Of a stretch of 64,000 nt of DNA, positions 54,661 through 62,267 are shown in pieces. Position 1 is the stretch's first letter. Each line of letters begins with the position of its first letter. The translations under genes and the position numbers were made by a program. The stretch spans positions 66,807 to 130,806 of the forward strand of contig JAJDXO010000026.1 of NCBI GenBank assembly GCA_022823235.1, given 5' to 3'. The stretch is from Rhodospirillales bacterium (GTDB lineage: Bacteria; Pseudomonadota; Alphaproteobacteria; Rhodospirillales; UBA2165). Under the pieces are notes generated by a model. The model saw only the letters and a program-made list of their open reading frames with translations. It was not told where the DNA came from and searched no databases.

Positions 54661-55803
54661 GTGGACCCGCTGCGGAAATACCCGGCCATAGAAGATCTGC
54701 ACCGGCGCGCGCGAAAGCGCATACCGAGATTCGCCTTCGACTATCTGGAAGGCGGCGCGGGCGATGAATCCGGTATTGACCGCAACCGGGAGGCGCTGCT
54801 GGAGATCCGGCTGATCGCCGACTACCTGGAGGAGCGCAGCCCGCCCGACCTCGGCGTCGAGGTGTTCGGCCGCAAGGTCGATCTCCCATTCGGCATTGCG
54901 CCGGTGGGATTGAGCGGCTTGATCTGGCCCCGGGCCGCCGAGTATCTGGCGAGCGCGGCGAAGGACGCCAACGCGGTCTATTGCCTTTCGACCGTCGCCA
55001 GTTCGGGCATCGAGCGCATCGGCGGTCTGATGCAGGAAGGCAGCTGGTTTCAGCTCTACCCGATTCGCGAAGTCGAAAAGGAAGACGATCTCCTGAAACG
55101 GGCCTGGGATGCCGGATTCCAAGTGCTCACGCCGACGATCGATATTCCGGCGGCGGCCCGCCGCCTTCGGGATTTCCGCAACGGCCTGACGGTGCCGCCC
55201 GAGATGACCATCGGCAATATCGTCTCGATCTTCGCCCACCCCACATGGGCCCTCGCAACCCTGGCGGCCGGCCCGCCGAAATTCGAGAGCCTGATGCCGT
55301 ATTTCCCAAAGGGGGTCACCTACAAATCCGTCGGCCAAATGATCGAAACCCTCGCCGAGGGGCAGATCGACTGGCGGCGCATCGAACGCTACCGGAAGAT
55401 TTGGCCGGGCGCCCTAGCGGTGAAAGGCGTTCTCAGCGCCGGGGATGCCCGCCGCGCCCGGGAGGCCGGCTGTGACGGGTTGCTCGTGTCCAACCATGGC
55501 GGCCGGCAACTGGATGGACTGGTGTCTCCCATCGACGTCCTGCCGGTCATACGTGAGACCGTCGGACCCGACATGACCCTGGTGGTCGACAGCGGCCTGC
55601 GGTCGGGCACGGACATCGTCCGGGCCTATGCCAAGGGGGCCGACTTCACGCTCCTCGGCCGGGCATTCTTCTATGGGGTCGGCGCGCTGGGGCGGCCGGG
55701 AGCAGCACACGCCATCGAAGTACTGAAGGCCGAGGTCTTTGCCGCCCTCCATCAATTGGGCTGCCCGAACATGGCGGCGACACCGCGCTACCTGGCGAAT
55801 TAA
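54661..55803 (+). CDS. FMN-dependent alpha-hydroxy acid dehydrogenase/oxidase (LldD / glycolate oxidase family)
   Basis: GTG 54661 with GGGGAG 6 nt upstream. RIPRFAFDYLEGGAGDE and SNHGGRQLD motifs. Confidence 0.85.
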   Translation: MDPLRKYPAIEDLHRRARKRIPRFAFDYLEGGAGDESGIDRNREALLEIRLIADYLEERSPPDLGVEVFGRKVDLPFGIAPVGLSGLIWPRAAEYLASAAKDANAVYCLSTVASSGIERIGGLMQEGSWFQLYPIREVEKEDDLLKRAWDAGFQVLTPTIDIPAAARRLRDFRNGLTVPPEMTIGNIVSIFAHPTWALATLAAGPPKFESLMPYFPKGVTYKSVGQMIETLAEGQIDWRRIERYRKIWPGALAVKGVLSAGDARRAREAGCDGLLVSNHGGRQLDGLVSPIDVLPVIRETVGPDMTLVVDSGLRSGTDIVRAYAKGADFTLLGRAFFYGVGALGRPGAAHAIEVLKAEVFAALHQLGCPNMAATPRYLAN

Positions 55804-55806
55804 GCC

Positions 55807-56301
55807 TTACGCGTTTCCGTCCCGAACCATGGGCGAGACATATTGGGGCGACGTATCCCAGGGAAAGAAAACCCAGACATTCTGCGCCACGTCGTGAACG
55901 TAGGTGTCGACGAATTCCAACCCGCCCGGCTTGGCGTAGACCGTCGCCACATGAGCATCGGGGAGGAGCTTCCGCGCCTCCCTCATGGTCGCACCGGTAT
56001 CGACGAGATCGTCGACCAGCAGCCAGCCCTCGCCCTTGTCGGCGCAGGCCTCTTCCGGCGCCTTGATCAGATTGATGTCGCCTATGTTCTTTTCGTCGTA
56101 GGTGGCGATGCACAGGGTGTCGACGTACCGCAGTTCCAGTTCGCGGGCGAGGATCGTTGCGGGGACCAGACCGCCCCGGGTGATCGCGACAATACCCTTC
56201 ATCGGGCCAAGCGCCATGAGACGGCGCACCAAATCCTTGGTGTCCCGGTGCACCTCGTCCCAGGTCACCACGAGGTCGATTTGATAGCTATTCTCGGCCA
56301 T
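55807..56301 (-). CDS. gpt: xanthine-guanine phosphoribosyltransferase
   Basis: ATG 56301. VTWDEVHRDTKDLVRRL..IVAITRGGLVPATILARELE..LLVDDLVDTGAT is collinear with E. coli Gpt. Confidence 0.85.
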   Translation of the reverse strand: MAENSYQIDLVVTWDEVHRDTKDLVRRLMALGPMKGIVAITRGGLVPATILARELELRYVDTLCIATYDEKNIGDINLIKAPEEACADKGEGWLLVDDLVDTGATMREARKLLPDAHVATVYAKPGGLEFVDTYVHDVAQNVWVFFPWDTSPQYVSPMVRDGNA

Positions 56302-56336
56302 GAACCGCCGTTCTCCCCTGATGCGGACCAAGCCGT

Positions 56337-56789
56337 CTATTCGCGGAAATTCTCAACCCAAACCGTGTTATGGCGCGCGGCAACTTCCCTGCCGGTCTCG
56401 AAATCCGCCCGCTGCTCCGGCGTCAGCGCCGTCATGTCCTTGAACATGGCTTCGGTCTCACCCGGGCTATAGACCATCAGGACCCGGACCCCGTCATCGC
56501 CGGCGATCATCTGATGGGGGACGCCCGGCGGAATATGAAACAGATCGCCCGGTTTGCCCTCGTAGGTGTCGTTTTCGCCCATCAAGAAGGTGGCGCTTCC
56601 CTCGATGACGAAGAAGGTCTCGTGATTTTGCACATGCATGTGCGGACGGGACGCAAAGCCGGCCGGGCAGCGTTCTTCGCAAACTTCGTAGGCGCCCGAC
56701 GTATCCTCCGCGGTCACCTTGACGAACATGTCGTTGGCGCGCTCGTAGAGATTGCCGCCGTCCGGATTGATCTTCTTGGCCTGAGCCAT
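56337..56789 (-). CDS. cupin domain protein
   Basis: ATG 56789. Cupin motifs RPHMHVQNHETFFVIEG and GDLFHIPPGVPH. Confidence 0.7.
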   Translation of the reverse strand: MAQAKKINPDGGNLYERANDMFVKVTAEDTSGAYEVCEERCPAGFASRPHMHVQNHETFFVIEGSATFLMGENDTYEGKPGDLFHIPPGVPHQMIAGDDGVRVLMVYSPGETEAMFKDMTALTPEQRADFETGREVAARHNTVWVENFRE

Positions 56790-56865
56790 ATCGATGTCTC
56801 CCGAAAATTCCTTGCGATGAATCCCCAATGGTACCGGGGAGCCGGCCAGAGTCCAATCCCAAAGG

Positions 56866-59232
56866 TTATGTGGCTTTCGCCGCGTTCAATGCCCGCCAGA
56901 TCCGCGCGGCGGTATAGGGCATGTCGAAGTATTCGGCGCCTGCCGGTGCGAGGGCATCCATGACGGCGTTGCCGATGACCGCAAGCGCCGGCACCGTGCC
57001 CGCTTCGCCGCCCGCCTTGATGCCCAGCGGGTTGCCCTTGGTCGGCACCTCCAGCGGCGCGATGTCGAACATGGGATATTCATCCGCCCGGGGCATGACG
57101 TAGTCCATGAAGGAACCGGCAAGAAGCTGACCCGATCCGTTGTCGAATTGCGCCCATTCGCCGATCGCCTGGCCCACCCCCTGGACGATCCCGCCGGCCG
57201 TCTGGCCGTGAACGATCATCGGATTCACCGCCCGGCCGCAATCGTCGACAATGGCGTAATCGACAATCTCCATCGCGCCGGTATCGGGATCGATCTCGAC
57301 TTCCGCCGCGGCCGCGCCGAACGGAAACGCGGGGATGCGTCCTTCCTGCCTGTCGTCGAATGCCGCCCGGCCGCCGCCCTTCTTCTCGATGTAGCGAGCC
57401 ATGGCGTCGGCGAAACCCGTCTCCTGGCCCGTGGCCTTGATGCGGAACACGCCGTCCGCGAACGCCAGTTCGCCGGCGTCCGATTGCAGAAGCTCTCCGG
57501 CGACGGGCCTGAGTTCGGCCACCACCTCTTCGCAGATTCGATAGAGGATCGTCCCGATCATGCGCATCGACCTGTCGGAGTGCGTGCCCCCGCCGATGGG
57601 CAGTTGGTCGGTGTCGCCCCCGGCGAGACGGATACGCTCGAACGGCACGCCGAGAAGATCGCTGATGACCTGAGCGTAGGTGGTCTCGTGCCCCTGCCCA
57701 TGAACCTGGGTGCCGGCGAACAGGACAATATCGCCGTCGGCATCGAACTCCAGCCGCGCCATGTCGAACGGCGCGCCGACCGGGGTCTCGACGAACGGGG
57801 CGGCGGCGATGCCGCGTAGCTTGCCGGTTTCCGCGGCCGCCTTGCGCCGCGCTTCGAAACCCGGCCAGTCGATCATGCCGGCGGCCATGTCCAGCGCCTT
57901 CGGGAAATCGCCGACGTCGTAGGTCATTCCCATTGCCGTGGTCTTCGGCATATCGGCGGACGGGATCATGTTCCTGCGTCTTATTTCAATGCGGTCGATG
58001 CCGGTCTCCGCCGCCGCGGCATCGATCAGGCGCTCGATCGCGAACGTCGTTTCCGGCCGCCCGGCGGCCCGGTACGGCAGCACCGGCACGGTGTTGGTGA
58101 GATAGACCGTGAGATCGAGACAGGCGTTGGGAATGTCGTAAACGGTGGTCACCAGCCGGGACAGGTTCGCCGGCGGCGCATAGCACACCGTATGGGCGCC
58201 GTTATTGCACCGGACGGTGAGTTCATAGGCCTCGATTTTGCCCTCACGGGACACGCCGAGGCGGCCATTGAGGACCATGTCCCGGCCCTGCCAGTCGCTG
58301 ATGAAGGCCTCGGTGCGCCCGCCCGTCCACTTGACCGGCCGGCCAAGCCGCTTCGCGGCCCAGGCGAGCACCGAATATTCGGGCCCGGCGTGGGAACGGG
58401 AACCGAACCCGCCGCCGACATCGGGACAGATCACGCGCACCATGTCGCTTTCGACGCCCAGCGCGCTTGCCACCATATCCCGGTGCCGGTGAACTCCCTG
58501 AGTGCCGTGGGTCAGCGTGTACCGCCCGGTTGCCGCATCGTACTCCGCGACGCCGGCCCGGGGCTCCATTTGGCAGCAGACGGTCCTCGGAACGAAGAAC
58601 TCGCCCTCGACAACCACGTCCGCCGCCTGCATCGCCGCCAGGGTCTCTTCCCGGGGACCCCTTTTGCATTCGACGACGATATTGCCGGGCGCGCCGTCGT
58701 TGATGATCGGCGCATCCGCCGCCCCCGCCTGAAACACGTCGACCACCGGGCTCAACAGGTCCAGCTCCGCGCTGACCAGACCGGCCGCGTCCGCCGCCGC
58801 ATCGGCGGTTTCTGCGATGACGACGGCATAGGGCTCGCCGACATGGCGCACCCTGTCGGTCGCCAGCGGCCACTGCTTCAGGTCGAGGCCATACCCGCCC
58901 TCGGAGAACATCCGGGTTTTCCAGTCGGCCGGGTCGGCTTCGACGGCCCGGTTGACGACCGGCCCGTGGCCGTCGGCGGCATAGTCCTCTCCCGTGAGAA
59001 CGGCGACGACACCCGGCATCGACGCGGCGGCCGAAATATCGACGGATTTGAGAATTCCGTGCGCGTAATCCGAACGCACAAAGGCGGCGTGGAGCTGGCC
59101 CGGGACATTGACGTCGTCGGCGTATCGTCCCCGGCCCCGGATATAGCGGTCATCCTCCTTGCGCAGGACCGACTCGCCGATCCTTCGAATTCCCCGGCCC
59201 GGGACTGTTTCGTGGTGTTCGCCGTCCGGCAT
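56866..59232 (-). CDS. xanthine dehydrogenase / aldehyde oxidase family molybdopterin-binding large subunit
   Basis: ATG 59232 with GGGGAG upstream. IGESVLRKEDDRYIRGRGRY N-terminus. Active-site loop PYRAAGRPE is the non-CO-dehydrogenase type. No Fe-S or FAD subunit genes adjacent. Confidence 0.85.
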   Translation of the reverse strand: MPDGEHHETVPGRGIRRIGESVLRKEDDRYIRGRGRYADDVNVPGQLHAAFVRSDYAHGILKSVDISAAASMPGVVAVLTGEDYAADGHGPVVNRAVEADPADWKTRMFSEGGYGLDLKQWPLATDRVRHVGEPYAVVIAETADAAADAAGLVSAELDLLSPVVDVFQAGAADAPIINDGAPGNIVVECKRGPREETLAAMQAADVVVEGEFFVPRTVCCQMEPRAGVAEYDAATGRYTLTHGTQGVHRHRDMVASALGVESDMVRVICPDVGGGFGSRSHAGPEYSVLAWAAKRLGRPVKWTGGRTEAFISDWQGRDMVLNGRLGVSREGKIEAYELTVRCNNGAHTVCYAPPANLSRLVTTVYDIPNACLDLTVYLTNTVPVLPYRAAGRPETTFAIERLIDAAAAETGIDRIEIRRRNMIPSADMPKTTAMGMTYDVGDFPKALDMAAGMIDWPGFEARRKAAAETGKLRGIAAAPFVETPVGAPFDMARLEFDADGDIVLFAGTQVHGQGHETTYAQVISDLLGVPFERIRLAGGDTDQLPIGGGTHSDRSMRMIGTILYRICEEVVAELRPVAGELLQSDAGELAFADGVFRIKATGQETGFADAMARYIEKKGGGRAAFDDRQEGRIPAFPFGAAAAEVEIDPDTGAMEIVDYAIVDDCGRAVNPMIVHGQTAGGIVQGVGQAIGEWAQFDNGSGQLLAGSFMDYVMPRADEYPMFDIAPLEVPTKGNPLGIKAGGEAGTVPALAVIGNAVMDALAPAGAEYFDMPYTAARIWRALNAAKAT

Positions 59233-59397
59233 GCCGCTCCCCAATTATGTGATCAAGCCCGGTCCTTTGCCGATCATAGGTCTCCGGCGCGGACCGGCAA
59301 CACCATTTGAGCCGTCATCCGGGCGAAAACCGATCCATGGCCGTTGGCATTGGGATACACCCCCTGAAGACGGCTTGCCCAATCCGGGGGGCGCATT

Positions 59398-61044
59398 ATG
59401 CTCGGCGGGTCTTCCATGGAACAACCGTCCCCCGATATGCCCGAGCGCCGTCCGAATTATCTTTTCATCATCACCGACCAGCACCGCGCCGATCATATGG
59501 GCGCTTACGGAAACAGCATCGTCAGGACGCCCAACATGGACGCCTTGGCGGCGCGCGGCCTGACATTCGACAGGTTCTATGTCGCCTCGCCCACGTGCAT
59601 GCCCAACCGGGCGGCCCTCGCGACCGGGCGCATGCCGTCGGCGACCGGCGTCACGACCAACGGCTACCCCCTGTCCCTCGACTCGGTCACCCTGATGGAC
59701 CTGCTGGCCGCCGCCGGCTACCGCACGGCCCTGATGGGCAAATCCCATCTTCAGAACTTCACCGACCGGACGGTCCGCGAGCGGACTTTCGCGGTTCGGG
59801 CCGATGGGGCGGCGCCGCCGGAGGACCTCTCCCAGGCGCTTCGCCGCCGCATCGACGGGCCGGAGTACCGGAACGAGCTGCGCAGCACCTGGGACGCCGA
59901 CCCGAACCGGGGCGTCAATCTCCCCTACTACGGATTTCAGGAAGCCAAGATCGCGCTGTTCCATGCCGACCGGGTGGGCGGCGACTACACCGCCTGGCTG
60001 ATGGAAAATCACCCGGACCACGCATCCCTCCGCGGTCCGGAAAACGCACTGGACAACGCCGGCGAGATTCGCGCGCCCCAGGCCTGGCGTACGCGAATTC
60101 CGGAAGAGCTCTATCCGACGACCTGGATCACCGACCTCACCATCGATTGCCTGGAGCGCTGCGCCGCCGATCCGGAGACGCCGTTCTATATTCAGTGCGG
60201 CTATACGGATCCCCATCACCCGTTCACGCCGCCCGGCAAATATTGGGACATGTACGACCCGGCCGACATTCCCGCGCCGGCGTCGCTGGGCGCGGAACAC
60301 ACGGACCCGCCGCCGTTCATCGGCATGCTGCAAAAGGCGCTGGCCGACGGCTCGGCCGACCGGAGCTACGTCCACCCCTACGCGGTGGACGAGGAGGAGG
60401 CGCGCCAAACCATCGCCCTTACCTACGGCATGATCACCATGGTCGATGACGGCATCGGCCGAATCCTCGCCAAGCTCGAAGAGCTGGGCCTCGCCGGCAA
60501 CACCATCGTGGTCTACACCTCCGACCATGGCGACGTGATGGGCGATCACGGGGTCATGTTGAAGCACGGCCTGCACACCGAGGGCGTGATCCGCATGCCG
60601 TTCATCTGGGCCGATCCCACGGGCGCCAAGGGCGAGCGAAGCGATGTCCTCGCGGGCGCCGTGGACTACATGCCGAGTGTTCTGGCGCGCGCCGGATTGC
60701 AGCCGTTCAGCGGCGTGCAGGGGGTCGATATCGTCGGCGCCGCCCGATCCGGGGAAACGCCGGCGCGCGCCGGTCTCATCGTCGAGGCGGACGAACTGCC
60801 GGAGAACGTCGACGTCGAGGATTTCTTCAAGGTTCGCACCTTCGTCGACGGGCGGTGGCGGCTGACCCTCTGGGTCGAAGAGCAATTCTGGGAAATGTAC
60901 GACCGGGACGCCGATCCCGACGAAATCCGCAATCTTTGGAACGACTCCGCCCATGCGGCGGACCGGGCGCGGCTGACCGAAGCGATGCTTCAAGAACAGT
61001 ACCGGTACAGCGACCTCATGCCCCGGCCGGTCTACATGGGCTAG
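59398..61044 (+). CDS. Cys-type sulfatase (S1 family), no signal peptide
   Basis: 548 aa. PNYLFIITDQHRADHMG and SPTCMPNRAALATGR motifs. ATG 59398 has GGGGGG 7 nt upstream; ATG 59416 and 59437 are alternatives. Confidence 0.85.
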   Translation: MLGGSSMEQPSPDMPERRPNYLFIITDQHRADHMGAYGNSIVRTPNMDALAARGLTFDRFYVASPTCMPNRAALATGRMPSATGVTTNGYPLSLDSVTLMDLLAAAGYRTALMGKSHLQNFTDRTVRERTFAVRADGAAPPEDLSQALRRRIDGPEYRNELRSTWDADPNRGVNLPYYGFQEAKIALFHADRVGGDYTAWLMENHPDHASLRGPENALDNAGEIRAPQAWRTRIPEELYPTTWITDLTIDCLERCAADPETPFYIQCGYTDPHHPFTPPGKYWDMYDPADIPAPASLGAEHTDPPPFIGMLQKALADGSADRSYVHPYAVDEEEARQTIALTYGMITMVDDGIGRILAKLEELGLAGNTIVVYTSDHGDVMGDHGVMLKHGLHTEGVIRMPFIWADPTGAKGERSDVLAGAVDYMPSVLARAGLQPFSGVQGVDIVGAARSGETPARAGLIVEADELPENVDVEDFFKVRTFVDGRWRLTLWVEEQFWEMYDRDADPDEIRNLWNDSAHAADRARLTEAMLQEQYRYSDLMPRPVYMG

Positions 61045-61092
61045 CCCGTTTCATGGCGGGCGGCGCAAAACGAGACAGGGACGGAACGCCTC

Positions 61093-62076
61093 ATGACCAC
61101 CATCGACATCCATACCCATAATTTCGGCCACGGCTGGCTGGACATGATCCGGAAGCACGGCGCGCCGGCGTACGAGATCAGGGACTGCGAAGACGGTCGG
61201 GAATATCTCGTCGAGTACGGCACGCCCGCCTGCGCGCTCGAGGCCGAAGCGTTTGATTATGCCAAGCGCATGGAGATGATGGACAAACACGGCATTGATA
61301 TCTCGGTGGTCTCCGTCACCTCGCCGAACGTGCATTTCGGGGATGAAGCGGTCAGCGTCGAAACCGCGCGCCTCGCCAACGACGAGATGGCCGCCGGTCA
61401 AACGGCCTATCCGGACCGCATCCGGTGGTTCGCCTCATTGCCCTGGGAATACCCCGATGCGGCCATCGCCGAACTGGAGCGGTGCATCGGCAAGGGCGCG
61501 GTCGGGGTCATGTGCGTCGCCCATATCGGAGACCGGCACCTCATCGACCCGCTCTTCGAGCCGGTGTGGAAGGCATTGGACGACATGGCTTTCCCGGTCC
61601 TGGTTCATCCCACGGCGCCCCTCGGCGCCAAGGACGTCGACTTCGGTCACGAACGGATTCTGATGCCGTCCGTGGGCTTCATGTACGACACCACCATCGC
61701 CATCGCGCGCATGGCTATCGACGGGTTCTTCGAACGCTTCTCCGACGTGAAAATCATCGCCAGCCACGGCGGCGGCTACATTCCGTTCGTCAACGGCCGG
61801 GTCGATATGTTCTTCGGCGTCGAGACGCTGGCCAGGTTCGATATTCCGACGCTGCCCAGCGACTACTTCAGCCGGATCTATTACGACGCCATCGTCTACG
61901 ATCAGGCCGCGCTGCAACTGGTCATCGACGTCGCGGGTCCGGAGAAGGTGCTGTTCGGCAGCGATCTTCCGATGCCCGCGGATATGCCCAGGCTGTTCGA
62001 TCTCATCGACGGGCGGCCGGCGGACGAAGCCCGCGCCATCCGCGGCGCCAACGCGGAGCGGGTGTTCGGGCTGTAG
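61093..62076 (+). CDS. amidohydrolase_2 family protein (ACMSD / LigW / gamma-resorcylate decarboxylase-like)
   Basis: 327 aa. MTTIDIHTHNF metal-binding HxH. VLVHP and ASHGGG motifs typical of non-oxidative aromatic acid decarboxylases. Confidence 0.75.
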   Translation: MTTIDIHTHNFGHGWLDMIRKHGAPAYEIRDCEDGREYLVEYGTPACALEAEAFDYAKRMEMMDKHGIDISVVSVTSPNVHFGDEAVSVETARLANDEMAAGQTAYPDRIRWFASLPWEYPDAAIAELERCIGKGAVGVMCVAHIGDRHLIDPLFEPVWKALDDMAFPVLVHPTAPLGAKDVDFGHERILMPSVGFMYDTTIAIARMAIDGFFERFSDVKIIASHGGGYIPFVNGRVDMFFGVETLARFDIPTLPSDYFSRIYYDAIVYDQAALQLVIDVAGPEKVLFGSDLPMPADMPRLFDLIDGRPADEARAIRGANAERVFGL

Positions 62077-62134
62077 GCGATGGGGTCCGTGCCCGATTAG
62101 GGGCAACGCCGCCGCTCCCCGCTCAGCCGCAAGC

Positions 62135-62250
62135 CGTCATGCCCCGCCTCCGTGCGGGGCATCCAGGATATTCACCACGGAGACACGGAGGTCGGGAGAA
62201 GAGGTTTCGATCCCCGTGCTCCTCACCGCCTCACCGTCTCTGTGGTTCAA
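62135..62250 (-). repeat. REP-like intergenic element R1, inverted copy
   Basis: The reverse complement aligns with 42623..42737: about 8 substitutions in the first ~96 nt, plus a divergent terminal-hairpin loop carrying a 1-nt indel. Confidence 0.85.
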
Positions 62251-62267
62251 TTCGGCCGGAAACCGCT

